A stretch of 64,000 nucleotides of DNA from Polyangiales bacterium. Lineage in GTDB: Bacteria; Myxococcota_A; Polyangia; Polyangiales; Ga0077539. The notes beneath the pieces are model-generated. The model had not been told where the DNA came from, searched no databases, and saw only the letters and a list, made by a program, of their open reading frames with translations. Within the stretch, counting starts at the first letter, position 1. The number at the start of each line of letters is the position of its first letter. This document shows positions 1-9,263 of this stretch, piece after piece. Both the position numbers and the translations under genes were made by a program. The DNA is taken from assembly GCA_044229975.1 (NCBI GenBank), contig JBGARZ010000012.1, positions 286,525 through 350,524 on the forward strand. Direction: 5' to 3'.

Positions 1-801
1 GGACGACTGCGCCCCGACGAGGCCCTCGACCTGCTGCTCCCGGCGCTCGACGCGCTCGCCGCGGTGCACGCCGCCGGGCTCGTGCACCGCGACGTCAAGC
101 CCGAGAACCTCCACGTCACGCACGCACCCTCCGGCGCGTCGCGCTGCGCCCTCGTCGACTTCGGCATCGCCAGCGCCGTCGACCGCGACGACGACGACGC
201 CACCGGAACCCTCGCCTACCTCGCGCCCGAGCGCCTCCGCGGTGGCGCGGCGGCGAGCCCCGGCGACGACCTCTGGTCCTTCGCGGTGGTGCTCTACGAG
301 GCCCTCGCCGGGAGGGCTCCCTTCGTCGGGGCACATCGTCAGGCCCTCACCGACGCCATCGAGCGCGGCGCTTTTCCTCCGCTGCGCGACCTCGCCCCGA
401 CGGTTCCGCCCGCGCTCGCGACGCTCGTGCACCGGGCGCTCGCGCGAGACCCCTCGCAGCGTCCCGCGTCGGCCCGCACGCTCCACGACGAGCTCGCCGG
501 TCTCCGCGCCCGCCCCTCGCGGCGGCGCCTCGCGGCCCTCGCGGCCTTCGCGCTCGCAGCGCCCGCGGTGTGGTTTCTGCGGCCCGTACGCGAGCCCGCC
601 TTGCCTCGGACGACGAGCGCGGTGCCGACGATCGTCCCCGTCGAAGCGACCTCGACCGCGACCTCGGACGTACCCGCTCCCGCCGCGCCGCTGCGCCCCG
701 TGACGGTGGCTCCGCGACGCCCCACCGGACGCGCGGCTCCGACCCCCGCCGAACGCCCATGGTTGCAGCCGCTGCCGGGCAAGCTCCGGGGGACGCCGTG
801 A
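1..801 (+). CDS. Ser/Thr protein kinase, 5'-partial, with C-terminal TM segment and Pro-rich tail
   Basis: Frame open from base 1. Motifs HRDVKPEN, DFG, GTLAYLAPE, DLWSFAVVLYE; hydrophobic LAALAAFALAAPAVWFL. Confidence 0.93.
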   Translation, partial: GRLRPDEALDLLLPALDALAAVHAAGLVHRDVKPENLHVTHAPSGASRCALVDFGIASAVDRDDDDATGTLAYLAPERLRGGAAASPGDDLWSFAVVLYEALAGRAPFVGAHRQALTDAIERGAFPPLRDLAPTVPPALATLVHRALARDPSQRPASARTLHDELAGLRARPSRRRLAALAAFALAAPAVWFLRPVREPALPRTTSAVPTIVPVEATSTATSDVPAPAAPLRPVTVAPRRPTGRAAPTPAERPWLQPLPGKLRGTP

Positions 802-1745
802 CCTCCTCGCGGCGCGTTGCGGCCTGCTTCGTCGCGCTCGTCCTCGCCGGGTCGTCGGCCCGCGCGCAGGAGGCACCGCCCTCGCCCGCGGCGCTCCAGG
901 GGCTCTTCGACCGCGCGGTGGAGCTCAGCCGCGCCGAGCGCCACGACGAGGCCATCGCCCTCTACGAGCAGGTGCTGCGCCACGACGACGAGCCCCGCGT
1001 GCGGCGCAACCTCGCCCTCGCCTACCGCGCCCGCGGCCGCGACGTGGAGGCCGTCGAGCAGCTCGATCGCTACCTCGCCGCACCGCTCCCGGAAGACCGC
1101 GACCACCTGCGTGAGCTGCACACCCTGCTGGACGACCTGCGCGCCCGCCTCGCGTCGGTAACGGTGCGGGTCACCCCCGCCGACGCCGAGCTACGCGTCG
1201 ACGGCAGAGCCCGCCCGGGCGCGCGTGAGCTCTCCCTCACCGCGGGCCCCCACACGCTCGAACTCACCCGTCCCGGTCACCGCTCCCTGCGCCGCGAGCT
1301 CGACCTGCGCCCCGGTCAGCGCGCGGAGCTCGACGTCACGCTCGAAGCGCTCCCCGCCCTGGCGTCTCTGCGCGTGGTGCCGACACCAGAGCAGGCGTCC
1401 ATCGCCGTCGATGGACACCACCGCGGCACCGGCGTCGTGGCGTTGGAGCTCACCCCCGGCGCGCACCTCGTGGAGGCCAGCGCGCCGTCGCACGAGGGCG
1501 CTCGACGCGCAGTGACCCTGGGGCCGGGGCAGACGCTGCTGCTCGATCTCAGGCTCGCGCGAATTGCCGAGCCGACGCCCGCGCGACCGCGTTGGGCGAT
1601 GCCCGTGGCGATCGCCTCCTCGGTGGTCGTCGTCGCGGGCGTCGTCGCCGCGGTGCTCGCGCTCACCCTCGACCGCGAGGAGCCCGCGCCTACGCGAGAC
1701 CCCGCGAGCCTCGCCCCCGATTGGGGCACCTTCCGTATGCCGTGA
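798..1745 (+). CDS. Exported TPR + PEGA domain protein with C-terminal TM
   Basis: GTG overlaps the kinase TGA (GTGA). Signal peptide, TPR-like helices (EAIALYEQVL..NLALAYRARG), two PEGA-like repeats (VTPADAELRVDG..GPHTLEL; PEQASIAVDG..GAHLVEA). Confidence 0.85.
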   Translation: MTSSRRVAACFVALVLAGSSARAQEAPPSPAALQGLFDRAVELSRAERHDEAIALYEQVLRHDDEPRVRRNLALAYRARGRDVEAVEQLDRYLAAPLPEDRDHLRELHTLLDDLRARLASVTVRVTPADAELRVDGRARPGARELSLTAGPHTLELTRPGHRSLRRELDLRPGQRAELDVTLEALPALASLRVVPTPEQASIAVDGHHRGTGVVALELTPGAHLVEASAPSHEGARRAVTLGPGQTLLLDLRLARIAEPTPARPRWAMPVAIASSVVVVAGVVAAVLALTLDREEPAPTRDPASLAPDWGTFRMP

Positions 1746-1757
1746 ACCAGTACCATC

Positions 1758-2003
1758 CCACAGGGGACTCCAAGGGCTGATGGGCAAGCACCCACTCAGG
1801 TCAGCCCAACGCCCCTCGGCGTCGCGAAGCGACGGGGCGACCGCTCACCTCTCGGTCACCGTCCGAACGCCGGACGTCGCACGCGCCTGAACGGAGCCCC
1901 GAGTGACTGGAATGTCCGCGTCTCCCCGTCGCTTCGCGACGGTGAGGGGCGTTGGGTTGACGTGAGTGGATGCTTGCCGACCCACTCCTCAAGTCCCCGG
2001 TGG
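1758..2003. repeat. Long imperfect inverted repeat (MITE-like or structured element) between convergent genes
   Basis: 1783-1837 is the reverse complement of 1924-1978 (55 bp, 5 mismatches). Outer arms CCACAGGGGACT / AGTCCCCGGTGG; inner hairpin GTCCG-AACGC-CGGAC at 1861-1875. Confidence 0.85.
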
Positions 2004-2023
2004 AGAGGTTTGAGAGTCGGGGT

Positions 2024-3832
2024 CTACCAGCGCACGCGCGTCGGCGTGCACGATCGCGCAGCAGCGGTCCCGTCGCCGAGCTGCCCGAGGTCGTTGGCGC
2101 CCCAGCACCACACCTCGGCGTCGCCGCGCAGGGCGCACGCGAAGGCCGATCCGGTGACCACCTGACGGACGTCGGTGAGACCCGCCACGCGCGAGGGCGA
2201 TCGCACCCGATCGGTCGACGCGACCTCGACGCCCGTCTGGCACTGCTCGGACATCCCCCAGCACGCGACGGTGTTGCCTTCCTCCAGCGCGCACGCGAAG
2301 CCGAACCCGACGCTCACGTCCGCCGCACGGAGGCTCGCGATGGGCGTACCGGGCGCCGCGCGATCGACCCCGGCGGGATCACCCGTGCCGAGCAGGCCAC
2401 CCTCACCCCAGCAGCGTACGGCGTGGGTTCCGCGCTCCAGAGCGCAGGTGAGGCCGTGGTTGATGTTGCCAGCGGTCACGATGCGGTCCACCGCCGGGAG
2501 ACCAGCGATCGCCGTCGGGGTGGTGCGGCAGAGCGTGGACCCCGGGCACGCCATGGAGGCCCCCGACGCCTGCCCGAAGCGGTTGGCGCCCCAGCAGTAC
2601 GCACCGCCGGCAGCGGTCCACGCGCAGACGTTCTGGTAGCCCGCCGCGAGGCCCGCGACGCCGCTCCCGAGGCCGCCGACCGTCACCGGTGCGTCGCGGT
2701 CCGTCGTGGTCCCGTCGCCGAGGGTGCCCGCGCGGTTCTCGCCGACGCAGCGCACCGCGCCGTCGCGCTGGAGCGCGCAGGCGAAGCGCAACCCGACCGC
2801 CAGCGACTGCACACCGGTGAAGCCCGCGACGCCGGGGAGCTCGACGCCCGTGCAGCGCATCGCGCCGTCGTTCAAGACACAGGTACCGTTGGTGCCGAGG
2901 CTCACATCGTCCGTGAACCCGAAGGACGACGCCCTCACCGGGCGCGACACCCGATCGGTGCCTGTGGCGACCCCGAGGTTTCCCGCGACGCTCGACCCCC
3001 AGCAGCGGAGCGTTCCGTCGCTCATGCGCGCGCAGACGCTCCCGGCTCCGGCCGACAGCGAAAAGATTCGCACCGGTGCGCACGGCCCCGGGAAGCAGCC
3101 TTCGAGCATGCCGCAGCGGCGGTCGCAGGCCCCGCAGTGGCGCACGTCCCTGATGAGGTCGGTGCAGACCCCGTCGCCCTCGCAGGCCGTGCAGCCGTCG
3201 ACGGCGTCCGCGACGTCGCGCACGTCGGGCACGTCGGCAGGGGCGTCTCGGGCGTCGTCGTTCGCGTCGCGCGGGACGTCGACGGCGGCGTCACGGGTCG
3301 TCGCACCGGCGTCGGGGTCGAGGTCCGTGTAGCCGCCCTCGGGGAGTGCCGCGTAGTCGAGCAGCGGGCGCCGCAGGATGGGCTGCGCGCAGGTTCCGTC
3401 GCCGCCGCAGGTGGCACCCGCCGGACAGGACGGAACGCCCACACACCGCGCGTTGAGGTCGAAGACCGCCAGCAGCGTTCGCCCCTCGATGAACTCCACG
3501 GTGCCGAGCTGCGTGAAGGTGGCCCCGCTCTCCAGCTCGGCGACCACCTGGATGTTCACCGGCGCCGCCGTGCCAGGCCGCGCCGGGTGCACGGCGAACT
3601 CCCCCGGAAACGAGCTGCGCCCGGGCCCGAGGAAGCAGCGCTCCCCCTCGCCGAAGGGCCGCGGCGCGCCCGGTGTCTGCAACGTCCACCGCACGCAGCG
3701 CAGGCGCGGCGGGCGGTTGGCGTCCGTCGACTGCACGCGGACCACGATGACCGTGGGGCTCGTCGCCACGGACGTCTCGAAGAGCTTGCACGACGCACAC
3801 GCGAGCGCGAGGCAGAGGACGCCGCGCCTCAC
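2024..3832 (-). CDS. RCC1/BLIP-II repeat lipoprotein
   Basis: Lipobox-like LACASC, Cys-rich knot, Asp/Ala linker, repeated CA..DG.V.CWG.N..GQLG units. Confidence 0.9.
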   Translation of the reverse strand: MRRGVLCLALACASCKLFETSVATSPTVIVVRVQSTDANRPPRLRCVRWTLQTPGAPRPFGEGERCFLGPGRSSFPGEFAVHPARPGTAAPVNIQVVAELESGATFTQLGTVEFIEGRTLLAVFDLNARCVGVPSCPAGATCGGDGTCAQPILRRPLLDYAALPEGGYTDLDPDAGATTRDAAVDVPRDANDDARDAPADVPDVRDVADAVDGCTACEGDGVCTDLIRDVRHCGACDRRCGMLEGCFPGPCAPVRIFSLSAGAGSVCARMSDGTLRCWGSSVAGNLGVATGTDRVSRPVRASSFGFTDDVSLGTNGTCVLNDGAMRCTGVELPGVAGFTGVQSLAVGLRFACALQRDGAVRCVGENRAGTLGDGTTTDRDAPVTVGGLGSGVAGLAAGYQNVCAWTAAGGAYCWGANRFGQASGASMACPGSTLCRTTPTAIAGLPAVDRIVTAGNINHGLTCALERGTHAVRCWGEGGLLGTGDPAGVDRAAPGTPIASLRAADVSVGFGFACALEEGNTVACWGMSEQCQTGVEVASTDRVRSPSRVAGLTDVRQVVTGSAFACALRGDAEVWCWGANDLGQLGDGTAAARSCTPTRVRW

Positions 3833-5538
3833 AGCGGCACCTCCACCCGCGCCGGTGCGCAGTCGTCCGCGGCGCGCGAACGCCCGTCACCGAGCTGCCC
3901 CTGCGCCCCTTCGCCCCAACAGCGCACCTCGCGCTCGCCAGTGATCGCACACGCATGCGCGGCGCCCACGGCGAGCACCCGCGCGCCGGAGACCGGCACG
4001 TCCACGGGTCGATCGGCGGTGGCTCCGACGGCGCGACCGAGTCGGCAGCGGTCGGCGGCGCCCCAGCAGCGCACGGCACCGTCGCGGGTGAGCGCGCAGG
4101 CGTAGCGCTCGCCGACCTGCACGTCGGTCGCAAGCGTTCCCTCGATGGCGGCCCCCGGCGCGACGACCTCCGCAGACGACCCGCCCGGTCCGAGGCCCAC
4201 GTAGGACCGCGTCCCCCAGCAGCGCACGGCGCCCGCGCGATCGACGGCGCACCCGAGGCCCCACGGGTCTCCCACAGCGCTCGCCCTCGCATCGACGCGC
4301 AGCACGTCCGCGAGACCCGGCAAGGTCTCGGCGCGCCCGCGGCACCGTGTCGGTGAGCAGCTCAGGAGCGTGGCGTCGGTCTCGTCGACCCCGAGCACGC
4401 CGCCGATCGACAAGCCCCAGCACGCGACGCGCCCGTCGGTCACCGCGCAGGAGACGTCCCCGTGCGCCGACACCTGCTGCGCCGTTGCGAGGCCCTCGAC
4501 CGTCGCGAGGGACTGCGGGCTCTCGGTGAGCGCCTCGCCAGACTGCCCGTGGAGGTTGTCCCCGGCGCAGCGCACCGCGCCGTCGTCGAGCAGCGCGCAC
4601 GCGTGGGCCCGCCCCACGGTCACCGCCGTCGCCCCGCGCAGCCGCTGCCACGACGCGGGAATCGATCGCGACGGCCGGCACAGCACGCTCCCGTCGACGC
4701 GCGCCGCGCACACGAACGACGACAGCGCCAGCGAGCGCGTCCCATCGAGCTCGGTGACCCGCTCAGGCGAGGGCACCGCGCGCCCGTCGGCGGAGGCAGA
4801 CCAGACGTCCGCGCCCCAGCACCAGACCTTCCCCTCGCGCGACCACGCGCAGGTGCTCGCGGCCCCCGCGGCGAGGCCCACCAGTCGATCGCAGGCGGCG
4901 CCCACGCACCCCGCGTCGGTCGTACGGGTGGCTGCGTCCGTCGCGTCCGCGCCCTCCGTCGTCGCGTCGACGCTCGCGTCCGATGGGGTCGACGCGTCGA
5001 AGGGAGGCGGCGTGCGCGTGGGGTCGGTGTAGTCGGGAAGGGGGTCGCGGCGAATCGGAACGCAGCGCCCACCGGCCCCGCAGGTCTGGTCCGTGGGGCA
5101 CGGCGCGCGACCCACGCAGCCGCCGAAGAGGTCCATCAGCAGCAGGGTGGTGGCGCCGCGGCGGAAGTGGACCTCGGCGATCTGCACCACGGGCTCGGCG
5201 CCTTCGCGCTCGCCGATGACGCGCACGAGCTGTGAGGCGTCGAGCGAGAGTGGGCCCGGCAGCAGCCAGAGGTTGGTCGGGGCCAGCGGGCGCTCGCCCT
5301 CGCCGAGGGTTCTCCCTTCGCGAAGCCACGGGCGATCCGCGTCGCCCGAGGTGACCTCCACGCGCACGCCGGTGAGGCTCTCGGCGGTGGCTCCGTCGGT
5401 GGCCTGGATGCGCACCACGATGCGCGTGCCGGGCGGGACCGTGAGCTCGGTGGTGGAGTCGCACGCGGCCGCGACGAGCAGCGCGAGCGTCGGGAGGCGC
5501 CACGCGCCCGGGGGTCTCGTCGTCGGGTGTCCGCCCAT
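3829..5538 (-). CDS. RCC1/BLIP-II repeat lipoprotein (paralogue of 2024-3832)
   Basis: LVAAAC lipobox, same N-terminal module, RCC1 repeats (CAL..DGAVRCWG). 4-bp overlap with the downstream gene. Start chosen at ATG 5538. Confidence 0.88.
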   Translation of the reverse strand: MGGHPTTRPPGAWRLPTLALLVAAACDSTTELTVPPGTRIVVRIQATDGATAESLTGVRVEVTSGDADRPWLREGRTLGEGERPLAPTNLWLLPGPLSLDASQLVRVIGEREGAEPVVQIAEVHFRRGATTLLLMDLFGGCVGRAPCPTDQTCGAGGRCVPIRRDPLPDYTDPTRTPPPFDASTPSDASVDATTEGADATDAATRTTDAGCVGAACDRLVGLAAGAASTCAWSREGKVWCWGADVWSASADGRAVPSPERVTELDGTRSLALSSFVCAARVDGSVLCRPSRSIPASWQRLRGATAVTVGRAHACALLDDGAVRCAGDNLHGQSGEALTESPQSLATVEGLATAQQVSAHGDVSCAVTDGRVACWGLSIGGVLGVDETDATLLSCSPTRCRGRAETLPGLADVLRVDARASAVGDPWGLGCAVDRAGAVRCWGTRSYVGLGPGGSSAEVVAPGAAIEGTLATDVQVGERYACALTRDGAVRCWGAADRCRLGRAVGATADRPVDVPVSGARVLAVGAAHACAITGEREVRCWGEGAQGQLGDGRSRAADDCAPARVEVPL

Positions 5539-5589
5539 CGCGGCGCGACGATGCGTGCGAGGCCCCCGGAGCGTCAACACGGGATGTTC

Positions 5590-7323
5590 TCAGCGGGCGG
5601 CGGTCGGCACGAAGCCTTCGAGGCGGTAGATGGTGTAGCCGTCGCGGGTGGTTCCGTTGGTGATGCGCTCACCCGACCAGCGCACGCTGCTCACCGGGAT
5701 GGACCAACCCGGGTCCGTCGTCGCGAAGTTGTCGCCTCGCCCGGGGTGGAACCACGAGTACAGCGGCACGGTGTTGGCCGGCTGCGGACGCCGCGGGTCG
5801 TAGACGTACCCTTCGAGGCGGTACTGCGTGTAGCCGTCCTGGGTCATGCCGCCGACGATGTGCTCGCCGTTCCAGGTGACGGTGGCGGGGTTGGTCGACC
5901 AGCGCGGATCGGTACTGACGAAGTTGTCCTCGCGCGCGCCGCTGTGCCAGCTCCACAGCGGGAGCGTTCCTGCGGGCTGCGCCTGCCGCGGCGGAAAGAC
6001 GTAGCCCTCCAGGCGGAACATCCGCGCGTCGGCCTCCTGCTCACGCGGCGGGTCGAGCCGCACGCCGCTGACGTCGGGCGCGACGCCGCGCGGGTCGGAG
6101 GTCCAGCGCGGGTCGGACGTGAAGAAGTTGTCCCCGCGCGACGGGCTGAACCAGTTGTAGACCGGCAGGCGATCGCTGGCCGCACGCGACTCGGCGTAGA
6201 GCACGTTGTTGAGCCACTCGCCGATGGGCGCCGCGGCGCGACGATCGACGCCCGCCGGGTCGTACGGGAAGGTCAACAGCGAGCCCGCGCGCCGGAGGTT
6301 GATCCCCGTGAGGGTGTAGCGACCGCCGCCCGCTTCGGTTCCCTGGCAGATGCCCGCGACGTAGTTGCGCAGCACGCCGTCCGCCCCGCGCCGCTGCATG
6401 AACAGCGGGCTCCCGGAGTCGCCGCCCTCGACCGTCGACCCACCGGCGCCAGCCACGCGGAGCATCACGAGGTCCATGCGAAGCGGGTACTCGCCGTAGC
6501 TCATGCCCACCGCGCGACGCGTGGGGTTGGCGGGCGAGAAGCCCACGGCGCGGTAGGTCTGCGTCGAGAGGAAGGCGCGCACCTCGGCCTCGGAGTCGAA
6601 GAGGTGCGACAGCACCGGCATGGGCGTGGCGGTGGTGGCGGCGACCGGCGCGTCGAGCTCCATGATCGCGATGTCCGCGTAGCCCGGGATGCTGTACCGC
6701 GAGGAGGTCGCCGTCCCGATGGGCGAGGCGTGCGACGGGCCGAAGTTCACGCGAAACTTCGGCTCCTTGAAGAAGCACCGCTGCGTCGAGGCCTGCCACG
6801 TCCACGCGCCGCAGCGGGTCACGCCTTCACAGGCCGCCTGACAGGCGGCCGCCGTCGCGAGGGTGGCCGTGGTGTAGTTGAAGTCCGTGATGATGCGGTC
6901 GGCGTAGCGGATCGCGTTGCCCTTGTAGCCAGAGGTCCAGCCGGGGTTGGGGGTCGCGTTGGGCATGTTGTACGTGCGCCACGTCGGCGTGCGGCTGTCC
7001 CACAGGCCCGAGTCGCCGGGGATGTTGGTGCCGTTGAGGCAGTGACCCGCGGTGAGCACGAGCCGAGGGCTCACCAGCACGCCGGTGCAGTGCGTTGCGC
7101 CGGGGTTCGAGCCGATGCTCACCACGGCGTTGTTGGGCAGCGCCGACGGGTCGGATGCGGCGCCTGTGAGCTCGCCGACCTGCGTGTCCATCTCCTCCTC
7201 CCATTGCCCGTCGACGGGCGCGCACGAGGCGCCGATCGCAGTGAGGGTGATCGCCGCCATCGCCCGCAAGGGGCGCCGCGCGCGGAGTGGGTTGTGGCCG
7301 GTCGAACGCTTCGTCGTCTTCAT
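5590..7323 (-). CDS. Secreted trypsin-like (S1) serine protease with an inserted PAN/Apple module and three C-terminal repeats
   Basis: CTGVLVSPRLVLTAGHC (His), YADIAIMELD (Asp), GGDSGSP (Ser). PAN-like CQAACEGVTRCGAWTW..RCFFK. Three repeats of W.SP.RGDNF.T.DP.W...YRLEGYV. Confidence 0.88.
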   Translation of the reverse strand: MKTTKRSTGHNPLRARRPLRAMAAITLTAIGASCAPVDGQWEEEMDTQVGELTGAASDPSALPNNAVVSIGSNPGATHCTGVLVSPRLVLTAGHCLNGTNIPGDSGLWDSRTPTWRTYNMPNATPNPGWTSGYKGNAIRYADRIITDFNYTTATLATAAACQAACEGVTRCGAWTWQASTQRCFFKEPKFRVNFGPSHASPIGTATSSRYSIPGYADIAIMELDAPVAATTATPMPVLSHLFDSEAEVRAFLSTQTYRAVGFSPANPTRRAVGMSYGEYPLRMDLVMLRVAGAGGSTVEGGDSGSPLFMQRRGADGVLRNYVAGICQGTEAGGGRYTLTGINLRRAGSLLTFPYDPAGVDRRAAAPIGEWLNNVLYAESRAASDRLPVYNWFSPSRGDNFFTSDPRWTSDPRGVAPDVSGVRLDPPREQEADARMFRLEGYVFPPRQAQPAGTLPLWSWHSGAREDNFVSTDPRWSTNPATVTWNGEHIVGGMTQDGYTQYRLEGYVYDPRRPQPANTVPLYSWFHPGRGDNFATTDPGWSIPVSSVRWSGERITNGTTRDGYTIYRLEGFVPTAAR

Positions 7324-7383
7324 CGGTTGCTCTGCTCCATTGGGCGGGACGCTTCGTGGCCCCGCCGATGGAGCACCCTCTTC

Positions 7384-7398
7384 GCAGGGTGCGTGCCA
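7384..7398 (-). promoter_or_regulatory. sigma54 (-24/-12) promoter for the protease gene
   Basis: Minus strand reads TGGCACGCACCCTGC against consensus TGGCACG-N4-TTGC (one mismatch, correct GG-N10-GC spacing), about 60 bp upstream of ATG 7323. Confidence 0.72.
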
Positions 7399-7437
7399 CG
7401 CGCATCTCCCAGGTTTTCTCGCTGGAGAGGGCCGCCG

Positions 7438-7476
7438 GTCGGGGAGCAGGATCGCCGTCGGGGATTGCGATCCCCG
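7438..7476. promoter_or_regulatory. Candidate enhancer (UAS) for a sigma54 activator
   Basis: GTCGGGGA direct repeats at 7438 and 7457, plus dyad CGGGGAT-N4-ATCCCCG at 7459-7476, upstream of the sigma54 promoter. Confidence 0.4.
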
Positions 7477-7504
7477 CGACGGGGCGTGTGATAGGGAGCG
7501 AGCG

Positions 7505-9256
7505 ATGAGCCTGGTGGTGCGGTTGTATGCGTCGGGTCTCGCGGTGCCGACGACGGTGACGCTGGCGCCCAACACGGGCGCGCTGGTGGGTCGTCGACCG
7601 CACGGCGACCCGTGGTCGACGCGGGCGCTGCCGGGTCGCGCAGAGGGCGCGACGCAGGTGACGATGCCGTCCGGCACGGTGAGCGAAAACCACCTGTGGC
7701 TCTGGTACGACGGCACCTCACTGCACGGCGTGGACCTCGGGAGCACCAACGGAACACGCTGGCGTCTCGCGCCGGGCTGCGCCGTCCATGCGTCGGCGGA
7801 CACACCCGCGGAGCTCGATCTGGGCGAGGTGTCGGCGGCGCCGCCCGATCATCCCGAGGCGGCGCAGTGGGAGGACGAGGCGGGCTTCCGCGAGGCGGTG
7901 CGCTCGTCGGTGGCGGAGTGGATGGCGCAGCGCGGGCTCGCGGCGCGAGTGGCCGTCGAGCGCGAGGGGACGGAGGGCGCCGGGCGGGCGCTGGCGCCGC
8001 TCGGAGAGGGGTGGTTTCTCGCGGTGGAGGACGCGCGGGCGGCGCGGGCGGCGCGAACGGAGTTCCCTGCCTTCGCGCGGGCGCTGGAGGTGGTGCGCGC
8101 GTACGCGCGCTCGCAGCGGGGCGAGCTGGAGGTCGAGCGCGACAGCGGGCACGACGACCTGGTGCTCGCGTCGGCGACGATGCGAACGCTGCACCGTCGC
8201 ATCTGCCGCGCGGCTCGACACGGGCTCGGGGGGATCCTGCAAGGCGAGTCGGGCGTGGGGAAGAGCGCGCTGGCCCGGTGCTTCCACGAGCACTCCGAGC
8301 GACGTGGTGCCCCGTATCTGGAGACCAACCTCGCGGAGGACTCGGACGACCGCACGCTCTTCCTCGTGAAGCTCTTCGGGGCGCGCGCCGGGGCGGCGTC
8401 GGGCATCACCCGCGACCGCGTCGGGCTGGTGCGCGGCGCCCACCGGGGGACGCTCTTCCTCGACGAGGTCGGGAGCCTGCCGCTGGAGGTGCAGGGGGTG
8501 TTGCTGCGCTTCCTCGACACCGGCGAGTACCGGCGCCTCGGAGACGCGGGCGACGCGCCGCCCGAGCGCGCGGACGTGCGCGTGGTGGCAGGCACCAACG
8601 TCGACCTGCGCGCGGCGGTGCGCAAAGGAACCTTCCGCGAAGACCTCTGGTGGCGCCTCTCGGGCGTGGTGGTGGAGATCCCCCCGCTGCGCGAGCGACG
8701 CGACGACGTGCGCGCCTTCCTGGCGGGCGAGCGGATCGACCTCGGCGACGGACCCATCGCGGTGCCGGAGCTGCTGTCCATCGACGCACGCGCGGTGATG
8801 GAGGGGCACCCATGGCCGGGCAACTTCCGCGAGCTCAAGGGCTTCGTGGCGCGGCTGCCGTTGTTCACCGACGGTGCACCGCTCACGGGGGCGCAGTGCC
8901 GCGCGGCGCTCGACGCGGGCGCCCTGGTGCGCAGCGAGCCGCCGCCTCCGCCCGAACGGAGCACAGCCCCGACGGGCCACTGGGACGACCTGATGCCGAG
9001 GGCGCTGAAGCTCCTCCCGCGGTTGCTGGCGCAGCGAGGCCGAGACCCGGCGGTGCTCGACGTGCAGGTGCTCACCGAGGAGGTGTTGTTGCCGCTGTGC
9101 CTCGCCCGCGCGCTCGGGGTCGAAGGGTGGGCGACGCTCCCGGCGCGGCCCGAGCCGAGCTACCAGCGCCTCGCCGAGCGCATCGGGTACCGCGACGGCA
9201 AGAGCGTGCGGCAGGGGTTGCAGCGCTACCTGGAGCTACGCGCGCTGGAGGAGTGA
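7505..9256 (+). CDS. FHA-domain sigma54-activator-family (bEBP) AAA+ regulator with atypical GAFTGA loop
   Basis: FHA motifs (GR..VSENH..DLGSTNGT), Walker A GESGVGKS, TLFLDEVG, FREDLWWRL, WPGNFREL, C-terminal HTH-like segment. Loop reads LFGARAGAASGI. Confidence 0.9.
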   Translation: MSLVVRLYASGLAVPTTVTLAPNTGALVGRRPHGDPWSTRALPGRAEGATQVTMPSGTVSENHLWLWYDGTSLHGVDLGSTNGTRWRLAPGCAVHASADTPAELDLGEVSAAPPDHPEAAQWEDEAGFREAVRSSVAEWMAQRGLAARVAVEREGTEGAGRALAPLGEGWFLAVEDARAARAARTEFPAFARALEVVRAYARSQRGELEVERDSGHDDLVLASATMRTLHRRICRAARHGLGGILQGESGVGKSALARCFHEHSERRGAPYLETNLAEDSDDRTLFLVKLFGARAGAASGITRDRVGLVRGAHRGTLFLDEVGSLPLEVQGVLLRFLDTGEYRRLGDAGDAPPERADVRVVAGTNVDLRAAVRKGTFREDLWWRLSGVVVEIPPLRERRDDVRAFLAGERIDLGDGPIAVPELLSIDARAVMEGHPWPGNFRELKGFVARLPLFTDGAPLTGAQCRAALDAGALVRSEPPPPPERSTAPTGHWDDLMPRALKLLPRLLAQRGRDPAVLDVQVLTEEVLLPLCLARALGVEGWATLPARPEPSYQRLAERIGYRDGKSVRQGLQRYLELRALEE

Positions 9257-9263
9257 CGGCGGG

